A DNA stretch of 64,000 nt from the IMG/VR virus record IMGVR_UViG_3300009509_000010, positions 1 to 64,000 of that record. One strand, 5' to 3'. Made by a program: the position numbers and the translations under genes. The notes under the pieces are model-generated. The model ran no database searches and was not told the DNA's origin. It saw only the letters and a program-made list of their open reading frames with translations. This DNA comes from a virus. Of the stretch, positions 47,101 to 56,730 are shown piece after piece. Numbering within the stretch: the first letter of the stretch is position 1; each line of letters begins with the position of its first letter.

Positions 47101-48139
47101 GGACACGTTTGGCGGGTTGTTGAATACCGTGGTGGGTGTGGTCAAAGAGGTGTTGATCGGGGTGACCGTTTTGATTCGGGGTTTGGTTGGCTTGTTTGGT
47201 TTCTTTGCCAAAGTGGCCGGGCCGACGTTGTTGTTGCCATTCAAGGCCCTTTGGGACGGTGCCAAAGGGGTCGCAAGCGGGATTGTTGACCTATTCAAAG
47301 GCGATTTTTCGCAAGGCATTAAAAAGATCTTCGTGGCGTTGGTTGACGTGATCTTGCTTCCGTTCCGAATGATAATGAAAGCGATCGTTCAGTTGACCAA
47401 GGCCGCGCCGGGGCTGATGTCAAAATTCGTTTCACCAGAAACGGCGGCCAAGCTCGATCGGTTTGCCAAATTTGGGTTTGCAGGCCCACCGAAAAAGACG
47501 AAGCAAACAGTGGATACGGTGGTACAAGGGGCCGAGGACGCTTCGAAGGTTATCAGTCTGGAGGACGAACGGCGGCGGCGAGATCGGGATAAAGACGTTG
47601 CGAAAACTTTGGCCATGCCAGAGCTCAAAATCCCTGGAATGCCGGCGGTGCCCAAGCCCGAGGGGCGAGTTATCAAAATGCCGGGTGTGACTGTGGCACC
47701 ACAACAACCGGTTGAGGCGGTCGAAAAGACCAACCGTGAGCAACAGATTTTTAAAATGTTGAACAGAGCCGGTGTTATTAGCTCAAGGCAAACCGCTTCG
47801 CGGGTATCCGATCTGCTTTCTGAAACCAACAAGGAATTGACCAAGGAAAATGTTTTAGCGGCTAGAAAAGCCCTAGACACGGTGGCCGAGCGACGCCGCA
47901 AGGAGGCCAAGGATCGAGAAAAGGCGGCTGAAAAAGAGCTCCAAGCAAACGTCAAGGTCGAGGATAAACGCAAGCTCGATATCACCAACAAAATGTGCGT
48001 TGACGGCGAGGCGGCGAGCGTTGCCACCGCGAGGCACAAGCGAAACGTTTTCGAGCGCAACGGGGCGACCCACGAGCCATACCTGCAAAAAATGTCAACC
48101 GAGACCGGTGTTAGGATGGCGGGTAACTCGAGGAGCTGA
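44132..48139 (+). CDS. Tape measure protein (TP901-like core)
   Basis: FEKQMSAVGAI, FSAQQSAEAM..MGRAG, NTNITALGEA, GLRGSLGGT; long amphipathic repeats. Confidence 0.95.
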   Translation: MAFERIGLGGILRFDDKQALAGMQRATAGFAKLQSGVGKLGAGFSMIGDSMRNAGLAMLPITAGLGFGAKKAADFEKQMSAVGAITRSSADELAALSNEAKRQGVVSVFSAQQSAEAMEFMGRAGFNTKEIIDGLGGVMAAAAADGISLATSSDIVARVVKGMGLEVKEASHVADVLALTSAKTNTNITALGEAFTYGAPQAKALGISLEETTAAFGLMADAGLRGSLGGTSFMNMLVKLSKPSTKATAMINNMGIKLEDAHGRLKPLPEIIGMFKKELDKVQSTTKKAAMMAEIFGLRGAKAYSALSLAGREKMAQLTEDLEASSFGLGAAQEMANQRLDNFLGALTLFGSSLEAVAIEFFGPFLNVFKETTQDMTAALNSVLFAVQGLKQIREQAALSAVKAAKRESTAIVEQQKVLAGLQRREQATAKAGIAAIQTRIIGEEKLTREQQRARSRSFAEFVKGNLAREKLTKAQRKSELKAIDAFIQANEQGNLTAAQRVQMEKRYLQTLVTLGAKGKKLGQAEAARRAANLENLINQRAEAAKFEAAAEAVIVRQEKLTEIEEKHGRTARLIAEGVLEAIDQIKSGFQTAVQMVRDFGTRFGEAVGSDRMKEFARIATIGVVVAGALAPVFLGLSAIGFVIKSVFLPQIMGVYKILAAFKPVVSGLLGVVRGLMAAAFWPLAVAIGVVGGAFLLLRKQGESVSDTFWRLVGVVEDFIDPFISWRREGETTFEAIKRGILELPKALMFWRQEGETTFGAIGRGVQSVIDTLIFWRQEGESTLDALSRGLWGVVDTLIFWRQEGESTIGALTRGFGLLVEGARQLWAGGIKPFLIDAWAGVVSVVQTVGNVLMGVWDQVQIAWSEFGVTEKIKANFMLLVDIAKTVANAVGGVVTTVLETVKTVVWPFVSGFVSGFVSALSPIVTTWFSIWDSVVQVFAAVWGTIKSILQVFSDTWTELVDLFIDDSDRSSTKWSELGQTIGQVAAWLVDTFGGLLNTVVGVVKEVLIGVTVLIRGLVGLFGFFAKVAGPTLLLPFKALWDGAKGVASGIVDLFKGDFSQGIKKIFVALVDVILLPFRMIMKAIVQLTKAAPGLMSKFVSPETAAKLDRFAKFGFAGPPKKTKQTVDTVVQGAEDASKVISLEDERRRRDRDKDVAKTLAMPELKIPGMPAVPKPEGRVIKMPGVTVAPQQPVEAVEKTNREQQIFKMLNRAGVISSRQTASRVSDLLSETNKELTKENVLAARKALDTVAERRRKEAKDREKAAEKELQANVKVEDKRKLDITNKMCVDGEAASVATARHKRNVFERNGATHEPYLQKMSTETGVRMAGNSRS
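46307..46606 (+). repeat. 75-bp (25-aa) tandem repeat in the tape measure gene
   Basis: WR(R/Q)EGE(T/S)T units starting at 46307, 46382, 46457 and 46532. Confidence 0.85.
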
Positions 48140-48141
48140 CC

Positions 48142-48918
48142 ATGGGTTTTTTCAAACCATCGATCTACGATTACCTACGCGTTTGGAACCTAATCAATTA
48201 CGACACCAACGAGACGATCACCGGTCAATTTCACGCTGAGGAGCTGACCCAAAACGTTGGCTCGGCCTACTCGGAAAAATTCGCGCTAAACCGCGAACAC
48301 CCGGTTGTACAATTTTTGCATGGTGAGGTTGAAACGGTTTCGTTTCGGGGGCGGTTTCACGCAACCACTTTCGTCGAGGACGTGGTCGAGATACTTGAAA
48401 AGCTCAAATCGTGGGCCCGCCGGGATGACACCTTGGAGCGGCCCCCGGTTCTAGGTTTTTGGGCGGGGGATAGCCTATCGGCCTATTTGGTTGAGTGCAC
48501 CATGGGCCTTTCGAATATTGCCTATGATCGGCCGACGTTCCAAGGTGGTTTGCGTCACGTGACGTTTACCGTTGGCCTGCGTGAATATAAAAGTTTCCGG
48601 ATCGACGAAACCGCGATTGGAAACACTCGATACCACCGAGCTCGCGAGTTTGACTATTACGAGAGTTTGGCTCGCCTCGAATACGGTGATCCGATGGTGG
48701 GGGACGTGATCCGCAAGCTCCACCCCACCAAGCCAAATATCCAGGTGGGGGACGTGATCGAGCTTCCCACCGCTAGCAAGTTGCGCAAAACCAAAACCGA
48801 ACCGACCTCGATCCCGTTTGAAACGGGGTTTGGTCGAAAAGACACCCCACAACGGGCCTTGCGTTTGCACATGTTTGAGCAACGCAACCGGACCAAGGTG
48901 TCCTTTGTGGTAAAGTGA
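48142..48918 (+). CDS. Tail tube initiator / LysM-like baseplate protein
   Basis: Follows TMP; tube-like N-terminus, C-terminal LARLEYGDP...IQVGDVIELP. Confidence 0.7.
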   Translation: MGFFKPSIYDYLRVWNLINYDTNETITGQFHAEELTQNVGSAYSEKFALNREHPVVQFLHGEVETVSFRGRFHATTFVEDVVEILEKLKSWARRDDTLERPPVLGFWAGDSLSAYLVECTMGLSNIAYDRPTFQGGLRHVTFTVGLREYKSFRIDETAIGNTRYHRAREFDYYESLARLEYGDPMVGDVIRKLHPTKPNIQVGDVIELPTASKLRKTKTEPTSIPFETGFGRKDTPQRALRLHMFEQRNRTKVSFVVK

Positions 48919-50057
48919 TGGCCTACGAGGACCTTGCACCGCGTTACGTGGTCGAGATTGGAGGTACCGAGCTATCGGATACCATCCAACCGTTTATCTC
49001 GCGGGTTGAGTACGATTCGGCTGACGGTATGGCCGACATGGCCCAAGTGGTCATAAACAACCCTAATTATAAGCTCCAAGATCTCAAGGTTTGGCAACCG
49101 GGCAACGAAATGAGCATTTGGTTTGGGTACGGTGCCCAATTGACCCACGTGGGGCGGGTGATTTTGCGCCGCACGCGGTGGAATTTCCCCGAAAGTGACA
49201 TGCCATCGATCACGATCAGCGGGTACACATACGACGCCAAAATGATGGATACCGAGCCCGAAAAAGCCAAGGATCGACGATTTAAGGACATGCGCTTTTC
49301 CGACGTGGTGGAAGCCGTGGCGTCACGAGAGTATTACCGCAAGCTCAAGCTTGACATTGACACCACAGAAGACGAGCCAAAAAACCGCCACCAAAAGGCC
49401 GGGATCTCAGACTATCAGGTGATCAAGGGGGCGGCCAACTTGACGGGGTATTTCTTTTGGGTGGACGGGGACGAAAACGGGACTTGGACTTTGCATTTTA
49501 AAAAACCCGAGGCGGTCCTCGACGCGGTGGATCAACCTGATTTGACGTTTCGGCATAACAACGGGGATTTGACTAGCCTGTTTTCGTTCACTCCAGAGCT
49601 TCTGATCCAAGGGGCGAAAACCAAAATCAAGGTTCAATTCAAACACCCTAGAAGTGGCAAGGTAGTCACCCAAGAGGTCGAGGAGGATCTCGACAGTCCC
49701 GACGTCGAGGCCACCGACGATACGAGCGAGGTGGACAACGAACACAAGGCGGCAAATCAAATCAAAATATTTTTCGAGGATTTCAGCTTTACCACCGAAA
49801 CCAAAAAGCAATTCAAAACCGCTGCCGAGGCCAAGGCGTGGGCGGTGGCGTGGTTCAAGTCGCAACGTGAGGCGTTTATCACGGGAGAAGGGGTTACAAT
49901 CGGCCATGATCGGCTGATGTCGCGACAGATCCACACCCTCGAAGGGATTGGCAACATTTTATCGGGACGGTGGTATTTTTCACGTGTCAAACACCAACTT
50001 TCGGAGTCGGACGGGTACATGTGCACCTTTAATGCTCGGAAACAGGAGGCCGCCTAG
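48915..50057 (+). CDS. Baseplate hub (late control D / gp27-like)
   Basis: IWFGYG, QKAGISDYQVI, LSGRWYFSRVKHQLS..GY. Confidence 0.85.
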   Translation: MMAYEDLAPRYVVEIGGTELSDTIQPFISRVEYDSADGMADMAQVVINNPNYKLQDLKVWQPGNEMSIWFGYGAQLTHVGRVILRRTRWNFPESDMPSITISGYTYDAKMMDTEPEKAKDRRFKDMRFSDVVEAVASREYYRKLKLDIDTTEDEPKNRHQKAGISDYQVIKGAANLTGYFFWVDGDENGTWTLHFKKPEAVLDAVDQPDLTFRHNNGDLTSLFSFTPELLIQGAKTKIKVQFKHPRSGKVVTQEVEEDLDSPDVEATDDTSEVDNEHKAANQIKIFFEDFSFTTETKKQFKTAAEAKAWAVAWFKSQREAFITGEGVTIGHDRLMSRQIHTLEGIGNILSGRWYFSRVKHQLSESDGYMCTFNARKQEAA

Positions 50058-51094
50058 TGCCAGTGCAAACCGAACGTTTCGAGGCGGTGGTAACGTCAAT
50101 CGAGGATGACGAAAACCGGGGCCGGATCGAGGTGGCATGCGTGGGCATTGGAGCGGATCCAACGACGCCGATCGCGGTGCTCGCCGAGCCGGCCCATGAT
50201 TGGGGGTGGTTCTATATCCCGGACGTGGGCGAGACGGTCGAGATCGAGGTGGTGGTTGCGTCGGATCGAGATCAGGTTTGGGGCGAGGCGGCCCTCGAGG
50301 AAATGCGGCCGGTGTGGCGGTCAAAGCGATATTTGACCGACGCCGAGCTCGAGGACGACGAGGACGGCTCGGTCCCGCGGCCGATCCATGACGATTTTTT
50401 GTCCACCAACTTCGGCAAGCGGCGGGGCTTTTGCACCCCTTGGGGTCATGTGCTTTTGTTTGATGACACCGAGGACGACGCTCGGATTTATATCACCCAC
50501 ATGGGCGAGCAGCTCGAGCCGGGAAAGGCACCCGAGCCCGAAAAATTCACCCGGGTGGAGCTCGAGCCCGATGGTAGTTTGAAGATCGGGTTTTTGAACA
50601 AACACCAGCTTCATTTGACCACCGAGAAAGGCAACCTGTTAATCGCGTTTGACGGCGAGCCCGGGAGCGAAAAGCACACCCTCGAGTTTGACGCCGAGAC
50701 CCCCAAGTTTGAGATCAGCATGGCCGAGGGCGACCACGTGTTAACCTTTGATGGCTCGGGGCCAACCCTCACCACGATCCACGGTGGTGGGGCCGGGATG
50801 AAAGTGGACCAAAAAGACGGTGATACGGTGACCACCCTCGGGGATGGGGCGGTTAGCGCCACGATCGCCGAGCACCTCGAGGCGTGGCTAAACGATACCT
50901 ACACCCCAGCGATCGCAGATATGCATGATCAGCATATGCACCCGGGTGGCCAATACATTGCGCCACTGATCCCATTGTCAACGGTCCCGATCATTCCCGG
51001 CGGCCCTCCTGGATTGGCACCTGTGGCCCCAGCAAATCTACCTGATTACGACACCAACATAACGAGCGCCAAGCTCGTTTTCCCGGATAATTGA
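50057..51094 (+). CDS. Baseplate spike (gpV/VgrG OB-fold)
   Basis: DDENRGRIEV, WFYIPDVGETVEI, TPWGHVLLFDD, C-terminal HMH metal-binding motif. Confidence 0.85.
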   Translation: MPVQTERFEAVVTSIEDDENRGRIEVACVGIGADPTTPIAVLAEPAHDWGWFYIPDVGETVEIEVVVASDRDQVWGEAALEEMRPVWRSKRYLTDAELEDDEDGSVPRPIHDDFLSTNFGKRRGFCTPWGHVLLFDDTEDDARIYITHMGEQLEPGKAPEPEKFTRVELEPDGSLKIGFLNKHQLHLTTEKGNLLIAFDGEPGSEKHTLEFDAETPKFEISMAEGDHVLTFDGSGPTLTTIHGGGAGMKVDQKDGDTVTTLGDGAVSATIAEHLEAWLNDTYTPAIADMHDQHMHPGGQYIAPLIPLSTVPIIPGGPPGLAPVAPANLPDYDTNITSAKLVFPDN

Positions 51095-51095
51095 C

Positions 51096-51419
51096 ATGGG
51101 TATTGACTACGAAAAAGCCCGCGAGCGTATTATTTCAGCGTTTTGCGAGGGATTGCTCGGTCAGTACGGATCATCAAGGGTGGAGGTCGAGGAGCGCGAA
51201 GTAGAGCAACCTGGTCCTGCTTATTGGGACAAGGACGAACGTTGGACCGATCCAAACGGCAAACCGAGGGTGGGTCGTTTCAAGCGCAAACCATCCAAAA
51301 TGGTTCGCCAAAAGGTCGAGATACAAAAGGGGATACCCGAGGGCCCGCTCCGTGAATACGCCGAGGGGATGGCCAAGGCGTTTTTGGAAGTGCTCCGGAT
51401 TGTCGAGGAGGGTGATTAG
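51096..51419 (+). CDS. Hypothetical protein
   Basis: Tightly packed within the baseplate operon. Confidence 0.55.
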   Translation: MGIDYEKARERIISAFCEGLLGQYGSSRVEVEEREVEQPGPAYWDKDERWTDPNGKPRVGRFKRKPSKMVRQKVEIQKGIPEGPLREYAEGMAKAFLEVLRIVEEGD

Positions 51420-51809
51420 ATGCCAACGGGCCTACGCATGCCAGTGGGAGTTGACGCCGGTGGAGGTGCGGCCCTCAGCTCGGCCGACGAGCAAAACCAC
51501 AAGATTATAAAGATCGCACTTTCGGATTGCGAATCAGAAAACGCTTTCCAGGATATAGGCCTTGGCAATTGGATGATTTACGAGATCGATTCACCGGTGG
51601 TGCAAGCTCGAGCTCTCAACTTTATCAGGCGACTGTTTCGGCAGTTTCGCGCTGAACAGCGTTACAAACTGCTCGAGCGAACGATCGCGTTTTCCAAGAC
51701 CACCGAGGGCGAACTCGACCTCGAGTTTAAATACCTCGATATTGAAAGCGACCAAGAGGAAACCTTTAAAGCCAGCTTGACGGCGGGCGGATTTATCGGG
51801 GCGGGGTAA
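51420..51809 (+). CDS. Baseplate wedge protein (gp25/W-like)
   Basis: Size and position before J; ENAFQDIGL. Confidence 0.65.
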   Translation: MPTGLRMPVGVDAGGGAALSSADEQNHKIIKIALSDCESENAFQDIGLGNWMIYEIDSPVVQARALNFIRRLFRQFRAEQRYKLLERTIAFSKTTEGELDLEFKYLDIESDQEETFKASLTAGGFIGAG

Positions 51810-51813
51810 GACC

Positions 51814-53979
51814 ATGGCAACCGAGATCACGATCCCAGATTTCGACTTTTCAGGGTTCTATTACCCCGAGATCCTAGAGGCGTTGATCCAATACAAGCGC
51901 CAAAACGTGCCCGAGCTCACCGACGAGTCAGAGTTTGAGCCATTCATTCAGTTTTTGCGGGCGGTGGCGTGTGTGGGCCACCTCAACAACACTCTGCTCG
52001 ACCTTGTAGCCAACGAATCCACCTTACCTACTGCAAAGCTCGCCGAGACCGTGCGCAACATGTTGCGGTTGATTGACTACGAGCTGAGCCCAGCAACCCC
52101 GGCCCAAGTGGATCTCGTTTTTGAGCTCGCCAAGGTGTTTTTAGCGTCAACGCAGGTGATCCCGAACCGGGCCCAAGCGGCGACCAAAAAGGTCGGTGAT
52201 GATCCGGTGGTCTACTTCGAGGCCCTCACCGGTTTGGTGGTCGAGCGGACCGACCGATTTTCTTACGTGTACGGGGTTGAGGCGGGCGCGTTTACCGATC
52301 ACACCACCAAAGCCAATAGCGCCACAACTCCCGGGGACGATTGGACCCCTTGGGCAACCCCTGCGGTTGGGGACTTGATCTATCTCGGCCACAAACAAGC
52401 CATGTGGAACGAGATCTCGATCGGGCCTTTGACGGCATTGGCCAGCGGGATCACGGGCGTGTGGGAATACTACGATGGCGAATGGGCCAAATCTGTTCCT
52501 TCTCTTGTGCTCCTAGATGGTTCTGATCTTGTTTTCGATTTAACAGCCTATTTGGGGGCCCAAAACAGACAGGGGACCGAGATCCGGGTGGTACTCAATG
52601 AAACGGGCGCCTATGAAACCGTGATCTCGACTTGGAACGGCTCCGCCAATATCGCCACAACGGGCCTGCTCGGGCAATCAAGCCCTTCGACCGAGGCCAC
52701 CGACTACACGGTGGGATCGGATTGGGAGCCGTTACCCGATATCGACGATGCAACGACCAACCTTTCGGTGACCGACGAGGTGGTGGGCTTTACACTCCCG
52801 CAAAGTATCGATCACAACTGGATCGTGGGCGAGGTCAACAACGCTGAGGCCTATTGGATCCGATATCGGATCGTCGAGGTCTCGGTTGCGAGCGGGCCGA
52901 CGCTCCAACGGGTGAGGCTCGACACTGGCAAACAGTACGTCTATAGGCTGGCAACGCAGGGGCGGACCGTGGCCGACCGTCCGTTGGGCAGCTCGACAGG
53001 GCTAGCCAATCAAGAATTTGAATTGACCCGAGACTACTTTATCAATGAATCCGAATCGGTTTATGTCGACGGCGAGCTTTGGACCAGGGTTGACAATTTC
53101 TTGTCCTCGGGCCCAACCGAGCGTCACTATACGGTTGAGCTCGGAGCCAACGACAGGGCCACAATCAAGTTTGGGGATGGTGTGACGGGCAAGATCCCGG
53201 CCCTTGGGGTCAACAATATCGTGGTTGACCCGTATCGCTACAACGCCGAGGTTGATGGCAACGTAGGCGCCAATACCGTGACCATTGACAAAACGGGTTT
53301 GTCGTTTGTTTCCAAGCTTTGGAACCCTCGGGGGGCCGCCGGTTGGAAGGAGGCCGACGGGGCAAACGAAACCACCCTCGAGCGAGCCAAAATCGAGGGG
53401 CCCGCAAGCTTGCGCACCCGAGCGGTGGCGATTGGGCCTAATGACGTCGAGGCTTTGGCCGTGGGTTTCACCGACACCGCCGGGGCGAACCCGTTTTCCC
53501 GAGCTCGGGTTTTCGAGGAGGCCTTTGGGCCGAAAACGCTCGAGGTGACCGTTGTGGCGGCCGGTGGTGGTCAGGCGAGCGCTGACCAGTTAGAGGCTCT
53601 TGAGGTCTACTTTAACGGGGACCAATACGCTTACCCACCGATCGAAAAACACCTTGTGGCGAACCAAGAGGTGACCGCGGTTAATCACACCTCAAAGGTG
53701 ATCGATATCGTGGCCACGGTTTACGGTGACGTGACCGCCGAGGAGGTGACCAACGCCTTGGCCGCGGTGCTCCACCAAGAGGCTATCAAGGCCGACGGGG
53801 TGACCTACGAATGGGAATGGGGCGAGGACGTACCCCGCAACCGACTGATCCACGAAATTTTCGAAACGGATGAATCAATCACCAACGTCACGTTGACCAC
53901 ACCCGCGGCCGACGTTCCGTTGACGGCTAGGCAACTCCCTGTTTTGGGGACCGTGACCCTAACCATAATTGAGCCCTAG
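51814..53979 (+). CDS. Baseplate J-like wedge protein
   Basis: VPELTDESE, LIDYELSPATPA, GSSTGLANQEF, IKFGDGVTGKIP, RAVAIGPND. Confidence 0.9.
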   Translation: MATEITIPDFDFSGFYYPEILEALIQYKRQNVPELTDESEFEPFIQFLRAVACVGHLNNTLLDLVANESTLPTAKLAETVRNMLRLIDYELSPATPAQVDLVFELAKVFLASTQVIPNRAQAATKKVGDDPVVYFEALTGLVVERTDRFSYVYGVEAGAFTDHTTKANSATTPGDDWTPWATPAVGDLIYLGHKQAMWNEISIGPLTALASGITGVWEYYDGEWAKSVPSLVLLDGSDLVFDLTAYLGAQNRQGTEIRVVLNETGAYETVISTWNGSANIATTGLLGQSSPSTEATDYTVGSDWEPLPDIDDATTNLSVTDEVVGFTLPQSIDHNWIVGEVNNAEAYWIRYRIVEVSVASGPTLQRVRLDTGKQYVYRLATQGRTVADRPLGSSTGLANQEFELTRDYFINESESVYVDGELWTRVDNFLSSGPTERHYTVELGANDRATIKFGDGVTGKIPALGVNNIVVDPYRYNAEVDGNVGANTVTIDKTGLSFVSKLWNPRGAAGWKEADGANETTLERAKIEGPASLRTRAVAIGPNDVEALAVGFTDTAGANPFSRARVFEEAFGPKTLEVTVVAAGGGQASADQLEALEVYFNGDQYAYPPIEKHLVANQEVTAVNHTSKVIDIVATVYGDVTAEEVTNALAAVLHQEAIKADGVTYEWEWGEDVPRNRLIHEIFETDESITNVTLTTPAADVPLTARQLPVLGTVTLTIIEP

Positions 53980-53991
53980 GAGGCCGCCGAT

Positions 53992-54411
53992 ATGTCAAAA
54001 GGATTCACCAACACGATCAAGGAACAGTTTCTCGACAAAGCGTTGGGCAGTGCGGCCACAACCCCGCTCAATCAAGCGACGGTGTATCTTGGCCTATCCA
54101 CCACCGACCCAGGGGGCGACGGAACAGGATTTACCGAGCCGACCGGTGGGTCCTACGCTCGCCAAAGCTCGACCAACGACGTCACCAATTGGCCGGCGGC
54201 GAGCTCGGGCCAAAAAACCAACGGGGCCGTGATCTCATATCCGGCGGCCACCGCAGCTTGGGGGACGATCACCCACTGGGGGATTTTTTTGGCCAGCACG
54301 GGCGGAACGCCGGTGATTTGGGGCGAGCTCGACACCCCGCGGGCGGTGGCCAGCGGTGATCAATTCCAGCATGGGATCGGCAAGCTGATCGTGACTATGA
54401 CAAACCAGTGA
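53992..54411 (+). CDS. Small tail/fibre-associated protein
   Basis: VYLGLST.DP...EPTGGSYARQ...WGTITHWGI phage tail module. Confidence 0.7.
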   Translation: MSKGFTNTIKEQFLDKALGSAATTPLNQATVYLGLSTTDPGGDGTGFTEPTGGSYARQSSTNDVTNWPAASSGQKTNGAVISYPAATAAWGTITHWGIFLASTGGTPVIWGELDTPRAVASGDQFQHGIGKLIVTMTNQ

Positions 54412-54421
54412 GGAGCCCACC

Positions 54422-55462
54422 GTGGCGTTGATTGACCCCGTTTGCACCTGCGATCCCTTGGTGGGCGTGACCGCCGAGGCGGCCCTCGTGTTTGGCCCGA
54501 TTGGTACCACCGACCCCTTGGTGGACTCCGCCGGGTCGAAGGGGATGATCGCGTTTGACGCCGGTGGCGAGGCCGCGCCTTTGGTGGACGTTACCGGGCG
54601 GCTTGGCAGTCCACCACCCACGATCTCGGTTTCGGTGACGGGCGCCACAACATTGCGGGTCAATTTTTCGGAGCCAATGGACGATACCACCGAGCTCGAC
54701 GATCCCGCCTCCTACTCGGTGGCGGTACAAACCGAGGGGGCGGTGGGGGTGGCCGTGAGCTCGGTTACCCGCGAGGCGGTGACAAATCCGACCTACGTTG
54801 ATTTGGTGACCACCGAGCACACCGACGGAGCCGATTACGAGCTTTATGTGGCGGCGGCGGTTGTGGACCTCCAAGGGGACTATGTCGAGGACCCCGACGC
54901 CTACGTGGGCCAAGGGGTGCAACCCCAAATTGCCAGCGCGGTGGCGGTGACCGCTCGCAAGATCCGGGTGATTTTCGACGAGCCTATGGATCGAAACGAC
55001 GGCGAGCTTTTGAAGGTGGCAAATTATGCGATCACGCCACAATCCGCCGGGGCCATTGCGGTCAATATCAACTCGGTGTCCACCGTAGGGTCGACCCCTA
55101 GTTACGTCGAGGTTGAAACCACCGAGCACACCGAGGGGGCCTCCTATCAGGTTTCGGTGGTGACCTCGGGCGAGATCCGCGACGCCGCCTATAATTCGAT
55201 TGACCCCGCGGGGGCTTCGACAACCTACACGGGCGAGGGGGATGCGCCTACTTTGCTTCAAGTCAAACCCGTGAGCTCGACACGGGTTGATCTCGTGTTT
55301 TCCGAAACCATGCGGGACACTCCCGAGATCCGGGATCCGGCCCAATACGTTTGGGATAATGGGTTGACCACTTTGGCCGTGCTCGAGCTCGACGGGGACA
55401 CAGTCAAATTGGTTACCACCGAGCAAACCGAGGGGCTCTTGTACGCCCTAACGATCTCGTGA
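54422..55462 (+). CDS. Ig-like repeat virion protein
   Basis: Three repeats (LRVNFSEPM / IRVIFDEPM / VDLVFSETM) each followed by TTEHT/TTEQT. Confidence 0.75.
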   Translation: MALIDPVCTCDPLVGVTAEAALVFGPIGTTDPLVDSAGSKGMIAFDAGGEAAPLVDVTGRLGSPPPTISVSVTGATTLRVNFSEPMDDTTELDDPASYSVAVQTEGAVGVAVSSVTREAVTNPTYVDLVTTEHTDGADYELYVAAAVVDLQGDYVEDPDAYVGQGVQPQIASAVAVTARKIRVIFDEPMDRNDGELLKVANYAITPQSAGAIAVNINSVSTVGSTPSYVEVETTEHTEGASYQVSVVTSGEIRDAAYNSIDPAGASTTYTGEGDAPTLLQVKPVSSTRVDLVFSETMRDTPEIRDPAQYVWDNGLTTLAVLELDGDTVKLVTTEQTEGLLYALTIS

Positions 55463-55471
55463 GGCGAAACC

Positions 55472-56722
55472 ATGGCGATCACCGATTTAGCGGGCAACAG
55501 TCTAGCGCCAGGCACCACCGGGCAAATGCTCGGATACACCGAGATCAACGCCGAGGAGATCCTGACACTTGACGCCTATCGATTCTTGATCAAACCGATT
55601 CGGGATCAAGACCTCCAACACGGTGATCTGTTCGTTCAACGGTTTTTCTCGGGGGTGCAATCGGTTTGGGAAACCATCCAAACCAAAATTTTCCAGGTCA
55701 AGGACCTGTGGTCAATAACCAAGATTCCCGACGCTTTTTTGGTCTACCTAAAATACATTGTTGGGTGGACTGATGATCCGTATCTGAAACGGATCACCGA
55801 CGCCTTGGACTCCGACACCTTGCGGCGGCTGATCGCAGCTTCAATCCCGTTTTGGAAGTTGCGCGGGCCCGAGGACACGATTGTTGACCTATTGCAGCTT
55901 GTGACCGGTCAAAGGGTGCGGATCTGGAATTGGTTTGATTTTCGTTGGGTGTCGGACGAAACCCAACTTGGTGAGGACCACCAAGGGCGAGACGCGTGGA
56001 TCATTGCGTTGCCCTCCGAGGGGGATGCCGAACAGTGGTTCAACGTGCGGATCGTTGATCCGGGCGACCTCGATCGCGAGCTCGTGATCAACCTGGTTAA
56101 ACTTTGTCGGCCCCTAGGTGAAAAGGTCGAGGTTTCCTATATCGGTTTTCTCGACCGCTTTTTGGTCGAAAATGATTGGAACCAATGGCGGCTCGAAACC
56201 GGGACCGCGATCACGGTGACCGGTGGGGCAATGCAGCTCGGGGATAGTAGTTTGGCCGAGCTCGCGTTGATAGATGGGACCACACCGGCGGCGTGGGCGA
56301 ATTATGTGGTGTACGCTCGGATCCGGGGTGGGGATGCCACAACGGCCGGGCGCGGGGTGGGTTTGGCGTTTTACGCTACCGACGCGAGCAACGCCTATCG
56401 AGCCTATTTCGACATTGCGGCGGCCACTTTGACGCTCGATAAACTCGTGGGCGGAGCTCCAACAACGATTGCGACCTACACGTTTGGGGCGATTTTGACC
56501 GTGAATCAGTGGTTCGGTTTGCGGATCCACGTTGAGGCCGAGAGCTCCACAAATCGCATCAAGGTGTACGTTGACGGTGAGGAACGGATCAACGTAACCG
56601 ACGCAGCCCACACCTCGGGGACGGTGGGCCTTTTTCATTTGGCAAACACAACGATCGAAGTCGACGAGGTGGAGGTTTTCGAGACACCCCTCGAGACCGA
56701 AACCGTTGATATCAACTCGTGA
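55472..56722 (+). CDS. Baseplate/tail protein I-like with C-terminal lectin/LamG-like beta-sandwich
   Basis: IPDAFLVYLKYIVGW...FWKLRG; C-terminal WFGLRI...IKVYVDG...SGTVGL. Confidence 0.7.
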   Translation: MAITDLAGNSLAPGTTGQMLGYTEINAEEILTLDAYRFLIKPIRDQDLQHGDLFVQRFFSGVQSVWETIQTKIFQVKDLWSITKIPDAFLVYLKYIVGWTDDPYLKRITDALDSDTLRRLIAASIPFWKLRGPEDTIVDLLQLVTGQRVRIWNWFDFRWVSDETQLGEDHQGRDAWIIALPSEGDAEQWFNVRIVDPGDLDRELVINLVKLCRPLGEKVEVSYIGFLDRFLVENDWNQWRLETGTAITVTGGAMQLGDSSLAELALIDGTTPAAWANYVVYARIRGGDATTAGRGVGLAFYATDASNAYRAYFDIAAATLTLDKLVGGAPTTIATYTFGAILTVNQWFGLRIHVEAESSTNRIKVYVDGEERINVTDAAHTSGTVGLFHLANTTIEVDEVEVFETPLETETVDINS

Positions 56723-56730
56723 GGTGAGAC

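Noticed and set aside
54395-55426. Long antisense ORFs (343 aa here; also 20900-21667, 47389-48060, 29752-30387)
   Set aside because: They shadow well-supported + strand genes, lack motifs and RBS, and are expected in GC-rich coding DNA
40042-56722. Extracellular contractile injection system / tailocin
   Set aside because: The tail genes resemble CIS components, but terminase, portal, capsid and replication genes are contiguous, so this is a phage
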